NCBI GenBank assembly: GCA_030390025.1
Contig: CM059432.1
Coordinates: 140,742,001 to 140,806,000, forward strand
Direction of reading: 5' to 3'
From: Squalus acanthias
Taxonomy: Eukaryota
Length of the DNA stretch: 64,000 nt
The position numbers and the translations under genes were made by a program. How positions within the stretch are numbered: position 1 is the first letter of the stretch; each line of letters opens with the position of its first letter. A model generated the notes under the pieces. It saw nothing but the letters and a program-made list of their open reading frames with translations. It did not search any database and was not told where the DNA came from. Positions 1 to 12,635 of this stretch are shown here, one piece after another.

Positions 1-2940
1 GTGCTGGCTAGCGATAGGGGTAATGATAACCAGACTGTGACAGGAAGGGACAGAGCATACAAGCATACGAGTGCACAAGCAAATAGGGTCAGAGTAGGGG
101 AAAATGGTAAAAAGACAAAATTAAAGGCTCTTTATCTGAATGCATGCAGCATTCATAACAAGATAGATGAATTGACGGTACAAATAGAAATAAATGGGTT
201 TGACCTAATAGTCATTACAGAGATGTGGTTGCAAAGTGACCAAAGCTGGGAACTGAATATTTAGGGGTATTTGACATTTCGGAAGGATAGGCAGAATGGA
301 AAAGGAGGTGGGGTAGCTCTGTTAATAAAGGATGAGATCAGTGCAATGGTGAGAAATGATATTGGCTCAGAAGATCAAGATGTAGAATCAGTTTGGGTGG
401 ACATAAGAAATAATAAGGGAAAGAAGTCAGTAGTGGGAGTAGTCTATAGGCCCCCTAACAGTAGCTACACTGTAGGAAAGGGTATAAATCAAGAAATAAT
501 GGGGGCTTGTAAGAAAGATACTGCAATAATTGTGGGCAATTTTAATCTTCATATAGATTGGACAAATCAAATTGGCAAAGGTAGCCTTGAGGACGAGTTC
601 ATAGAGTGTATTCAGGACAGTTTCTTAGAACAATACGTTGTAGAACCAACCAGGAAACAGGCTATTCTAGATCTGGTAACGTATAATGAGACAGGATTAT
701 TTAATGATCTCATAGTAAAGGATCCTCTAGGGAAGAGTGATCATAATATGATAGAATTTCACATTCAGTTTGCGGGTGAGAAACTTGGGTCTGAAACTAG
801 TGTCTTAAACTTAAATAAAGGAAATTACAAGAGAATGAAGAAAGAGTTGGCTAGAGTGGACTGGGAAAATAGATTAAAAGGTAAGATGGTAGATAAGCAG
901 TGGCAGACTTTTAAGGAGATATTTCATAACTCTCAACAAAGATATATTCCAGTGAGGAAGAAAGACTCTATGAGAAGGATGGACCATCCGTGGCTAACTA
1001 AGGAAGTTAAGGAGGGTATCAAATTGAAAGAAAAGGCATACAATGTTGCGAAGATTAGTGGTAGGCCAGACGATTGGGAAATTTTTAGAAACTTGCAAAG
1101 GATGACTATAAAAATAATAAAGAGGGAGAAAATAGATTATGAGAGTAAACTAGCAAGAAATATAAAAACAGACAGTAAGGGCTTCTACAAGTATATAAAA
1201 AGGAAGAGAGTAGCTAAAGTAAACATTGGTCCCTTAGAGGATGAGACTGGGGAATTAATAATGGGAAACAAGGAAATAGCAGAGATTTGAACAAATATTT
1301 TATATCTGTCTTCACAGTGGAAGACACTAAAAGCATCCGAATAATAGTGGAAATCAAGGGGCAAAAGGGAGGGAGGAACTTAAAACGATCACTATCTCTA
1401 GAGAAAAAGTACTAGGCAAACTAATGGGACTAAAGGCTGACAAGTCCTGTGGACCTGATGGCCTGCATCTTAGGGTCTAAAAAGAAGTGTCTGAGCGATA
1501 GTGGATGGTTGTAATTTTCCAAAATTCCCTAGGTTCTGGAAGGTCCCAGCGGATTGGAAAACCGCAAATGTAACGCCCCTATTCAAGAAAGGAGGGAGAC
1601 AGAAAGCAGGAAACTATAGGCCAGTTAGCCTAACACTGTCATTGGGAAAATGCTGGAGTTCATTATTAAGGAAGTAGTAGCAGGACATTTAGAAAATCAT
1701 AATACAATCAAGCAGAGTCAACATGGTTTTATGAAAGGGAAATTGTGTTTGACAAATTTATTAGAGTTCTTTGAGGATGTACCGAACAGGGTGGATAAAG
1801 GGGAACCAGTAGATGTAGTGTATTTGGATTTCCAACAGGCATTTGATAAGGTGCCACATAAAAGGTTACTGCACAAGATAAGAGCTCATGGTGTTGGGGG
1901 TAATATATTAGATTGGATAGAGGATTGGCTAACTAACAGAAAACAGAGTCGGGATAAATGGGTAATTTTCAGGTTGGATAACTGTAACTAGTGGGGTGCC
2001 ACAGGGATCAGTGCTGGGGCCTCAACTATTTACAACATATATTAATGACTTGGATGAAGGGACCAAGTGTACTGTAGCCAAATTTGCTGACGATACAAAG
2101 ATAGGTGGGAAAGCAAGTTGTGAGGAGGACAAGAGTCTGCAAAGGGATATAGATAGGTTAAGTGACTGGGCAAAAATTTGGCAGATGGAGTAAAATGTGT
2201 GAAAATGTGAGGTTATCCACTTTGGTAGGAAGAATAGAAAAGCAAAATATTATTTAAATAGAGAGAGACTACAGAATGCTGCGCTACAGAGGGATTTGGG
2301 TGTCCTCATACATGAAACTCAAAAGGTTAACATGCAGATACAGCAAGTAATTAGGAAGGCAAATGGAATGTTGGCCTTTATTGCAAGGGGGATGGAGTAT
2401 AAAAGTAGGGAAGTCCTGCTACAACTGTACAGGGCGCTGGTGAGACCACACCTAGAGTACTGCATACAGTTTTGGTCCCCTTATTTAAGGAGGGATATAC
2501 TTACATTGGAGGCAGTTCAGAAAAGGTTCACTAGGTTGATTCCTGGGATGAAGGGGTTGTCTTATGAGGAAAGGTTGAGCAGGTTGGTCCTATACTCATT
2601 GGAGTTTAGAAGAATGGGAGGTGATCTTATTGAAACATATAAGATTCTGAGGGGGCTGGACAGGGTAGATGCTGAGAGGATATTTTCCCTTGTGGGGGAA
2701 TCTAGAACTAGGGGGCATAGTTTCAGAATAAGGGGTCGCCCATTTAAGACGGAGATGAGGAGGAATTTCTTCTCTCAGAGGGTCGTGAATCTTTGGAATT
2801 TTCTACCCCAGAGAGCTGTGGAAGCTGAGTCATTGAATATATTCAAGGTTGAGATAGACAGATTTTTGAGCAACAGGGGAGTCAAGGGTTATGGGGAACA
2901 GGCAGAAAAGTGGAGTTGAGGCCAAGATCAGATCAGCCAT

Positions 2941-3038
2941 AATAACAACAGAAAACGCTGGAAAAACTCAGCAGGCCAGGCAGCATCCGTGGAGAGAGAA
3001 AGAGAGTTAACGTTTCAGGTCGATGACCTTTCATCAGA
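2941..3038 (-). mobile_element. Penelope-like terminal fragment inserted in the CR1 3'UTR
   Basis: ATCAGATCAGCCAT duplicated at 2927-2940 and 3033-3046 (overlapping the insert end); carries a hammerhead core on the minus strand. Confidence 0.75.
3005..3038 (-). ncRNA. Minimal hammerhead ribozyme core (helix I 5' strand truncated)
   Basis: Minus strand reads U-CUGAUGA-A-AGGUC-AUC-GACCU-GAAA-CG-UU-AACU. Confidence 0.7.
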
Positions 3039-3129
3039 TCAGCCATGATCTTATTGAATGGTGGAGCAGGCTCGAGGGGCCGAATGACCTACTTCTGCTC
3101 CTATTTCTTATGTTCTTATGTTCTTACGT

Positions 3130-5950
3130 ACCTATAGAAGCTTTTACAGTCTGTTTTTATGTCTCTCGCTAGTTTACTCTCATTCTATTTTCCCTTTCTT
3201 TATCAATTTCTTGGTCCTCCTTTGCTGAATTCTAAAATCCTCACAATCCTCAGGCTTACTACTCTTTTTGGTAACATTATAAGCCTCTTCCTTTGATCTA
3301 ATACTATCTTTAACTTCTCTTGTTAGCCACGGTTGCACCACTTTTCCGGTGGGGTTTTTGTGCCTTAAAGGAATGTATATTTGTTGTAAATTATGTATTA
3401 ATTCTTTAAATGCTAGCCATTGCTTCTCTACCATCATACCTTTTAATGTAGTTTCCCAATCTACCTTAGCTAACTCGCCCCTCATACCTACGTAGTTTGC
3501 TTTGTTTAGATTTAAGACCATAGTTTCCGACTTAACTAAATCACTTTCAAACTTAATATAAAATTCTATCATATTATGGTCACTCTTTCCTAAAGGCCCC
3601 TTTACTGCAAGGTTATTAATTAACCCTTTCTCATTGCACAACACTAGATCTAAAATAGCCTGTTCCCTAGTTGGTTCCTCAATATACTGATCTAGAAAAC
3701 TATCTTGCATACATTCTATGAATTTGTCCTCCACACTATTACTGCAAATTTGGTTTGCCCAGTCTATATGTAGATTAAAGTCCCCCATGATTACTGTATT
3801 ACCCTTGTTACATGCGCCTCTAATTTCCTGATTTATACTCTGCCCTACATTACAACTACTGTTTGGGGGCCTATAAACAACTCCCACCAATGTTTTCTGC
3901 CCCTTGCTGTTTCTTAGCTCCACCCAAACTGATTCTACTTCTTAATTTTCAGAGCTAAGATCCTTTCTCTCTACTGTCTTTATCCCATCCTTTATTATCA
4001 GGGATACCCCACCTCCTTTTCCATTTTGCCTATCTCTTCTAAAAGTTAAGTATCCTGGAATATTTAGTTCCTAACCTTGGTCACTTTGCAACCACGTCTC
4101 CGTAATGGCTATTAGATCAAACCTATTCATTCTATCTGAGCTATGAATTCATCTATTTTGTTGCGAATGCTTCGCACATTCAGATATCGTGACTTTAGCT
4201 TTGACTTTTTTCTATTTTTCCCTGATATCACCAAAGTCACTGATGCCCTATTACCTTTGTTACTCTCTCTGTCCCTTCCTGATTCACTCTGCTTATTTTT
4301 ACCCAAATCTCTACTCTGCTCTAGAGCCTTGACATTTCTCTCGCTGCTTTTAAATTTACTCTTTCCTGAATCCTCCCACACCCCCCTTCATTAGTTTAAA
4401 GCCCTGTCTACTGCCCTAGTTATTCGATTCGCCAGGACACAGGTTCCAGCCCGGTTTAAGTGGAGCCCGTCCCAACGGAACAGCTCCCTCTTTCCCCAGT
4501 ACTGGTGCCAGTGCCCCATGAAGCAAAACCCCTGCCTCCCACACCACTCTTTGAGCCACGCATTTAACCTTCTAATCTGTTTGTCCCTATGCCAATTTGC
4601 GTGTGGCTCAGGTAACAATCCAGAGATTATTACCTTTGAGGTTCTGCATTTTAATTTGGACCCCAACTCCTCAAACTCTCTCAGCAGAACCTCATTCCTA
4701 GCTCTACCTATGTCATTGGTTCCTACGTGGACCACAACAACTGGATCCTCCCCTTCCCACTCCAAGTTCTTCTCCAGCCGCGAGGAGATGTCTTTAACCC
4801 TGGCACCGGGCAGGCAACATAACCGTCGGAAATCCCGGTCACGGCTGCAGAGAACAGTATCTATCCCTCTGGCTATACTGTCCAGTATCACAAATGCATT
4901 CCCTTTCACTCCCCCTCACTTGAATGGCCTCCTGTACCATGGTGCCATGGTTAGCTTGTTCATCCATCCTGCAGGCTTTTCCCTCATCCACACAGGCACC
5001 AAGAACCTCATATCTGTTGGACAAGGGCAAAGGCCTGAGGCTCCTCCAGCACTGCACCTGGGGTCCCCTTACCTGCCTGAGTTGCAGTCACATCCTCCTG
5101 TCCCTGACCACTAACCAGACCTGTACCACTGCCTAACCCAAGGGGTGTGACTGCCTCCTGAATGAAAGTGTTCAGTTAACTCTCCCCCTCCCTGATGCCC
5201 CGCAATGTCTACACCTCAGATTCCAGCTCAAAAACTCTGATCTGAAGTTCCTCCAGATGCAGGCACTTACTGCAAACGTGGTTGTCCGGGATCACAATGC
5301 TCTCCACAAACTCCCACATGCTGCAGTTGTGGCACACCGCCTACACTGCAATCCCTATATGACCTTGTTCTATTTAATTAAATGTAATTACATTTATATT
5401 TAAGTAACTTAGTTTACAGTTTAGTTTCTTGACTACTTACTTGATCTAGATTAAGTTATGGGTAATGAAATTAAATATCTACCTGTATCACAAAGCACTA
5501 CAAGTAGTGTAGGCAAAAAGTAGCAACTCCTTCCCCCTCTTCTCCAAATTCCCACTCTTTCCAAATTCCCAAATGAAACACTGTTTACGTGCACTCCGTT
5601 TAATGCCGTTCTGTGCAGACCGTTCTGTGCTCTGCAGAACTGTTTGCTTTTATACACTAGGAGCCTCACCCAATTTACAGGTGTTGACTCAGCTCCTCTG
5701 CTTCCTGTGATTAGCGCCTATTCAAGACAAACACTTACAGCTGACTGACATTTAACTGCCACTGGCAGGCAGCTTCTGTTAACTACAGTTTTTGAAGTTC
5801 TAGGTTTAAACCAAAATGTTACACTAAATTTCACTTTTTACAGCTTCTACTTACCCAATACTTACCAGAAATTCCCACTCTTTCCAAATTCCCAAATCAA
5901 ACTCTCTGTTTACTGTGCACTGCATTTAATGCCACTCTGTGCAGATCAGG
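3130..5950 (-). mobile_element. CR1 LINE 5' half: 5'UTR, ORF1 (zinc finger/zipper + SGNH esterase), start of ORF2
   Basis: Minus-strand CHNCSMW..HVCSKC..LEEL (~5200-5340); esterase motifs CLPGA, HVGTND, WDGLHLN (4391-4909); APE ORF 3180-3923; cut by the plus-strand CR1 tail at ~3126. Confidence 0.92.
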
Positions 5951-7254
5951 CCAGATGTCTACGGAATGCTGACAAACCTACTCGCGCCAGGAAAGTGAAG
6001 GATGCATCATTTGAAGACATTGTTGAGAAACTCGAGGACCATTTCGACCCAAAGCCGTTAAAAATAGCAGAGAGCTATAAGTTTGGTACCAGAAACCAAA
6101 ATAAATGTGAAACCATCAGTGAGTACATTGTAGCTCTTAAGAACCTGTCTTTGCATTGTAACTTCGACACATTTTTAGATCGTGTGTTGTGAGATAAGTT
6201 TATGTGTGGACTGGTGGATGAGCGCACACAGTCCAAATTACTGAACACTCCGAACCTAACGTTTGGCATAGCATGCAAAATTGCCCTACCTATGGAGATG
6301 GCATCTAAGAATGCTAGGGGGCTCCGTCCAACTCAAGTGACTAGTGCAGCTGAGGTCTACAGTCACAAAGCCACCACTGAACCTAAAGCTGTGAGACTGG
6401 GTGAAAAGCATGTTGATGAGAGCAGTTCAGTGAATTGTTATCGCTGCAATGGAAATCACTCACCACAGTCCTGCCAATACAGAAATGCAAAGTGTTTTCA
6501 CTGCCAGAAGCAAGGTCATATTTCAACAGCTTGCAGAGCTAGATCGAAAGCAGGAAGTAAGAACCATTCTAGTGACAATGCAAAGCAGTGACAACAAAAG
6601 GGAGGAGTTCACAATATTGAAGTGAACACACCTGATGTTGAAGAACTAGGCATCTACAGTATCTATGCCACTAGCAGCAATGCTAGCAGTCGTGAGAAAG
6701 ACTTCCGCACAAAACTTTTGATCAATGAGCCGTGTCAATATTGACACGGCGGCGGACTGCTCTATCATGAGTAAGGACACACATGAGAGTAAGTTTAATC
6801 AAGTACCACTTACAAAGAGGACCGTAGAGTTAAAAACCAACTCCGGAGAAATCCTAGAGACATGTGGACAAATGGAATGTACAGTTCAACACAATGGCCA
6901 GTCCGTAAAGCTGCCTATTATTGTAGCGAGCTACAACAACAGGCCAACTCTCATGGGCAAAGACTGTTTGAGAAAGTTAAAACTAGACTGGAAAAACGTC
7001 TTCAGTGTAGATGCTTCAAAGAAGCGACTCGACACAATGCTGAAGAATGCATGTTTACAGATAGTTATAAGGGCATCACTAGGCATGACGCGCATATCCG
7101 CATCAAGTCCAACGCGAAGCTTGTCTATTGTAAGGCAAGGCCGGTCCCCTATGCATTGAAAAGTCAGGATGTGGAGATGCCGGCGTTGGACTGGGGTGGA
7201 CAAAAATGAGAAGTCGCACAACACCAGGTTATAGTCCAACAGATTTATTTAATT

Positions 7255-7292
7255 TTACAAGCTTTCGGAGCTATCGCTCCTTCGTCAGGTAA
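7255..7292 (-). ncRNA. Minimal type I hammerhead ribozyme (inverted copy)
   Basis: Exact reverse complement of 7863-7900. Confidence 0.8.
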
Positions 7293-7862
7293 GTTAGCAA
7301 TGAGAGAATCTCCCAGAATTCACAATTTAAACCCAGACAAAATCTATTCACATTATTCGCTACAACAAAGAGCACAGCCAAGACAATGAGATGTGTCCCA
7401 GGGGGTCCAGCGTGTCAAACCACCTGCTGGCTGCATATCCTGTCAATTTGTGTTCTTGTGTTTTTAAAAAAAAAAACAAAAAAAAAAAACAAAAAAAACA
7501 CCTGGGATCTGCGGGTAAGCGTTCTCCAAGGCGGCCTTCGAGATACACGACAGCGCAAAATCATAGAGCAGAAACTGATAGCCAAGTTCCGCACTCATGA
7601 GGATGGCCTCAATCGCGATATCGGGTTCATGTCACGATACAGAACGTGACTTGACATCATGGCCGGTCTTCCCAGGTGTTTTTTTTTTTAAAAACACAAG
7701 AACACAAATTGACAGGATATGCAGCCAACAGGTGGTTTGACACGCTGGACCCCCTGGGACACATCTCATTGTCTTGGCTGTGCTCTTTGTTGTAGCGAAT
7801 AATGTGAATAGATTTTGTCTGGGTTTAAATTGTGAATTCTGGGAGATTCTCTCATTGCTAAC

Positions 7863-7900
7863 TTACCTGACGAAGGAGCGATAGCTCCGAAAGCTTGTAA
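7863..7900 (+). ncRNA. Minimal type I hammerhead ribozyme
   Basis: UUAC-CUGACGA-A-GGAGC-GAUA-GCUCC-GAAA-GC-UU-GUAA: both core boxes, 5-bp helix II, helix I UUAC/GUAA, palindromic AAGCUU helix III. Confidence 0.82.
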
Positions 7901-10729
7901 AATTAAATAAATCTGTTGGACTATAACCTGGTGTTGTGCGACTTCTCATTTTTGAAAAGTCAGGTGGAGGAAGAGCTAGCGAAGCTCAGAGAGAACGGAG
8001 TGCTAGTAAAAACTGACAAAAGTGAATGGGCTACCCCGATTGTGGTAGTGCCCAAGGCAGACAAAACTGTACGCTTGTGCGGTGACTACAAAGTTACTAT
8101 CAACCAAGCAGTTGACGATCAGTAGTACCCGTTACCTACATCGCAAGATGTGTATGCAGCCCTCTCTGGGTCAAAGGTTTTCTCCAAGCTTGACCTGTCG
8201 CACGCTTACACTCAGCTGAATGTTGACAAAGAGAGTCAACAGTATCTCACCATCAACACACACAAGGGACTGTACTCATACACCAAGCTGTCGTATGGTG
8301 CAAAGTCCTCTCCCAAAATCTTCCAGCCTACGATGGAAAGATTTTGCAAGGAGTTCCAAATTGCTTATGCAATCAAGACGATGTGCTGATCGCAACAAGC
8401 TGTGGGGAAGAAAATCTAGAAGTGTTAGATTTAGTGCTTCAAAGGTTGAACTCCCACAATGTCAAATTGAAAAGGAGCAAATGTGCTTTTGTGCAGCCCG
8501 AGGCTGTATACCTTGGTCTGAAAGTTGATGCAAAAGGCTTGCAACCAGTTAAGGAAAAGGTTGATGCTGTCATCAGAGAACGTGTCTGAGTTAAGATCTT
8601 TCCTTGGAATGGTCCAGTACTACGCACGTTTCTTACCTGAGTTAGCGACCATGTTAACTCCATTGCACGAGCTCCTCAAGAAGGATGTCCAGTGGAAGTG
8701 GACGACAGCACAACAGGAAGCCTATGACGCTTGTCAGAGAAGTCTCTCTAGCGATGCTCTACTTGTGCATTATGACACAGAGCATGAGCTTAAGCTAGCA
8801 TGTGATGCTTCTAGCTACTGTGTGGGAACTGTCATAAGCCACGTAATGGATGACGACCAAGAGAAACCAGTCGCGTTTGCATCGCGAGCCCTCACAAAGA
8901 GCGAAAGAAACTATGTGTAAATTGAAAAGGAAGCACTCGCCATAGTGTTTGGAATCAAGAGATTCCAACAGTTCCTGATCAGCAGAAAGTTTACCCTGAT
9001 AACCGATCACAAACCGCTCCTAGCAATAATGGGGCCCAAATCTGCCATCCCTGCAATGGCCACATCAAGAATGCAACGTTGGGCAGTGTTGTTGTCACAA
9101 TGTGACTAAACAATTGAATATCGCACTTCAAAGCAAAACGCTATCGCAGATGCCTTGTCCAGGTTGCCACATGAAGACTCATGTGTTGGGAGTGAAGGTG
9201 AGATTTTCACGCTAGGTGCAGTTGACAAAGACTTTCCCGTGAATGCAACTGAGATTGCAGATGAGATTCAAAAGGACTCAGTACTGAAAAGAGTGTATGA
9301 AAACACCTTGAATGGATGGACTGATCAGTGTATGGACAGAGAATTGAAACCATTCCATAACCATTGCACTGAATTGTCCTGTGAGCAAGGTTGTATCAAG
9401 TGGGGAAACAGAGTGGTGGTACCTACTTCTTTGAGAGATAGAATTCTGGCTGAACTTCATACTGAACATCCAGGATCGTCAGTATGAAATCAATTGCAAG
9501 AAGCTTTGTTTACTGGCCTGGATTGGACAGTGATCTTGAATCACTTGTCAGCAAATGCGGCAATTGCCAAAATTGCAGAAACAAACCACCCAAAACTCCA
9601 CTACAACCCTGGTCATGGCCAAGTAGACCTTTTCAGAGAGTACATGTAGACTTCTGTGAGAAAGCAAATGATTATTTCCTGGTACTTGTAGATAGTCACT
9701 CAAAGTAGATTGAAGTGAAACACATGGGTTCAAATACTACAACTGAACGTACCGTAGATGAGTTGAGGTCTATCTTCACATGTCATGGCTTACCTGAAGA
9801 GCTTGTTTCTGACAATGGCCCTCAGTTCTGTTCTGCTCTATTCCAAGAGTTCATGAAATGGAACGGTATCAAACACACTCTCGTTCCACCATATCATTCA
9901 GCTTCAAACAGAGCAGCTGAAAACTCAATCAGAATAGTAAAAGAAGCTCTCAAAAAGCAAGTGTTGCAGGGTTGTTCGGGACTCAGCATGAAGCAACATT
10001 TGGCAAATTTCTTGCTGGAGTACAGAACTACTCCGCACACTGCAACTGGACATACCCCAGCAGAACTCTTGATGAAGAGGAGATTGAGAACACGATTGAG
10101 TCTTGTTCCACCAAATTTGGCCTCAAGAGTTGAACAGGAACAGTTGAGTCAGAAACGTTGTTATGACAGCAATCAGAAAGAATGCAGTTTCAAACAAAAC
10201 GATGTGTTTGTGTTCTCAGTCTCCCTGGCAAGTCGAGTTCACACAAGTGGGATATAGGAACCATAGTAGTGGTTGGTGCAACCAAGAGATATTTGGTTGA
10301 AATTGGTGACAAAATCCGAAGTGTTCATGTAGATCAAATGATCTCTGCTAGAGATGAACCAAGACGTGACCTTGAACCACTTGATCATGAACTCATACAG
10401 GAGTTTGACTCTGTTCAGACTTCAGAAACTGAAGTACCAGGTTCAAACAAATCCGAGATAGAAACAGGATCATCTTTGAGTTCGGAACCAGAACAAAACA
10501 GCCTGAAAATTGGTTCAACACCAAAACCTTCTGTAAGGAGATCAGGAAGGCTCCGCAAACCTGTCATTAAACTGGATTTGTAGCTCATTTGTAACATTTG
10601 TAGTTCATTTAAAAGAAAAAAAGCCAGGAGTTTCTGTTATGTGGTACATGTAATGCTGGGAAAGGTGGGACCATAGTTTTGTTGGATTCGACAGGGGAAT
10701 ATGATCATTTTTTTTAAGGGGGAAAGCAG

Positions 10730-10866
10730 TGTAATGTATTATCACATGGTTTTTCACATGGTTTAGTATGAGCATACTCAGTTCGCTCTGGCCTAGTAAA
10801 GCAAGCACCTGGACTGGCAACTCATCCTGTCTCTGTCCTTCATTTGCTCTACCCACATATATTACA
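10730..10866 (+). repeat. 3' LTR (137 bp) of the Gypsy element
   Basis: TGTAAT...ATTACA termini, preceded by polypurine tract AAGGGGGAAAGCAG. Confidence 0.85.
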
Positions 10867-11280
10867 GGGATGATGGCGAACTGTCAGCGTTCGCTGTCAT
10901 TCCGCCTTTAAAACTGACCGCAACTTCGGGATTTGGTGCAGGCGCTTGCGGAAATCCCGAAGTTGTGGTCAGTAATTGACAGCTCCGGAACAGGCTGCGC
11001 TGTGCTCACCTCCCCCGCCCACACCACCCCCCCCACCCCCCGCTCACCTCCCCCGCCCCCCCCCCCCACCACAGAGCCGGCAATCTGTGTAATCAGTCAA
11101 ATCATTGACACTGACAAAAACTTCGGCTCTTCCGCAGAATTACGCTGTTAAATTCCGCACTAAAAGTTAGAGCCAAAGGGAGTAAGTGTAACTGGGGTTT
11201 TTATAGCGTTTTTCTGCTAAACAAATGTTAAGGGCCTGGAAAACTAATTATAATTTTATGCAGTCTGAAATTTATCCATT
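10867..11280. mobile_element. Non-autonomous DNA-element fragment, same family as ~42680-43281 (opposite orientation)
   Basis: Shared CTGACC(G/A)CAACTTC..GAAGTTGTGGTCAG palindrome and collinear downstream sequence. Confidence 0.65.
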
Positions 11281-11590
11281 ATAGGAACATAGAACCATAG
11301 GAACAGGAGGCCATTCAGCCCCTCGAGCCTGTTCCGCCATTCAACAAAATCATGGCTGATCTAACTCCATATACCCACCTTTGCCCCATATCTCTTAATA
11401 CCTTTGGTTAACAAAAATCTATCAATCTCAGATTTAAAATTAACAATTGATCTCGCATCAATTGCCGTTTGCGGAAGAGATTTTGACAGCGGTCCCGTCT
11501 CCAATCCCGCACTCTGAGGGCCGGCAAAATTCCGGCCGAAGGGTTTTGCGCTGGAATATAAATTTTATTTTAAGACAACTTTAAGAATGA

Positions 11591-12490
11591 TGTCAGCCGT
11601 GGCTCAGTGGGTAGCACTCTCACCAGAAGGTCGTGGATTCAAGCCCCACTCACTCCAGAGACATGAACACAAAACCTAAGCTGGCACTGAGGGAGTGCTG
11701 CACTGTCGGAGGTGCCGTCTTTCGAATGAAACGTTAAACTGTGCCCGATCTGCCCTCTCAGGTGTATGTAAAAGATCCCATGGCACTGTTCGAAAAGAGC
11801 AGGGGAAGTTTTCCCCTGTGTACTGGGCCAATATTTATCTGTCAATTAACATCACTAAATCAAATAAACAGATGATAAGAACATAAGAAATAGGAGCAGG
11901 AGTAGGCCAATCGGCCCCTCGAGCCTGCTCCGCCATTCAATAAGATCATGGCTGATCTGATCCTCACCTCAATTCTAAAGAACACAAGAAGTAGGAGCAG
12001 GACCCGGCCACTCAGCCCCTGGGCCCGCTACGCCACCCACAGGGCCTCGACCGATCCGAACTCAGCCTCATGTCCAATTTCCTGCCCGCTCCCCGTAACC
12101 CCTAATTCCCTTTACTTCTAGGAAACTATCTCTTTCTGTTTTAAATTTATTTAATGATGTAGCTTCCTGGGGCAGCAAATTCCACAGACCTACTACCCTC
12201 TGAGTGAAGAAGTTTCTCCTCATCTCAGTTTTGAAAGAGCAGCCCCTTATTCTAAGATTATGCCCCCTAGTTCTAGTTTCACCCATCCTTGGGAACATCC
12301 TTACCGCATCCACCCGATAAATGATCTGGTCATTTATCTCATTGCTGTTTGTGGGAGCTTGCTGTGCGCAAATTGGCTGCCACATTTCCTACATTCCAAC
12401 AGCGACGACACTTCAAAAGTACTTCATTGGCTGTAAAGCGCTTTGGGATGTCCTGAGGCTGTGAAAGGAGCTATAGAAATGTAAATTCTT
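11591..12490 (+). mobile_element. SacSINE1-like DeuSINE interrupted by a minus-strand CR1 3' fragment (~11876-12317)
   Basis: tRNA-like head, Deu-type core and L2-like tail resume on either side of the CR1 piece. Confidence 0.85.
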
Positions 12491-12635
12491 TATTTAATTT
12501 AGGGAAAGGCACTTAAATCTCTGAGTTAATTTAAGAGGTAATTTTTTTCCCCCCCAATGTTCTTTCCTCTCCTCAAGGTACTGCGTCATGCTGGGGTAGA
12601 TTTTATGTCATGAATCCTCTGGGACCGCACCCAAG

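Larger units (their letters stand above)
1..3126 (+). mobile_element. CR1 (HER1-like) LINE, degenerate ORF2 (APE endonuclease + RT) and 3' tail
   Basis: ORF pieces with YLNACSI, GVVYRPP, SDHNMI (APE) and [29 protein letters not shown] (RT), broken by stops and frameshifts; ends in the GGAGCAGG..CTGCTCC stem-loop and TTCTTATG repeats. Confidence 0.95.
7169..7951 (+). mobile_element. Penelope-like fold-back insertion: tail + inverted pLTR + GIY-YIG C-terminus + pLTR
   Basis: TSD TTGAAAAGTCAGG at 7156-7168 and 7952-7964; inverted repeat ~7201-7508 / 7670-7954; spacer encodes SVLQGGLRDTRQRKIIEQKLIAKFRTHEDGLNRD (stop ends 7649); Gypsy RT rejoins across it (PYALKSQ|VEEEL). Confidence 0.9.
5955..10866 (+). 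mobile_element. Degenerate Ty3/Gypsy LTR retrotransposon (Mag-like), 5'-truncated
   Basis: gag with two Zn knuckles (CYRCNGNHSPQSC, CFHCQKQGHISTAC), protease (IDTAAD), RT (WATPIVVV, RLCGDYK, FSKLDLS, NQDD), RNase H (LACDASS, PVAFASR), integrase (RVHVDF, VSDNGPQF); PPT and 3' LTR present. Confidence 0.93.

Noticed and set aside
4391..4909. Host GDSL/SGNH esterase gene (also 48489-49052)
   Set aside because: Lies directly upstream of CR1 ORF2; an esterase domain is a known part of CR1 ORF1
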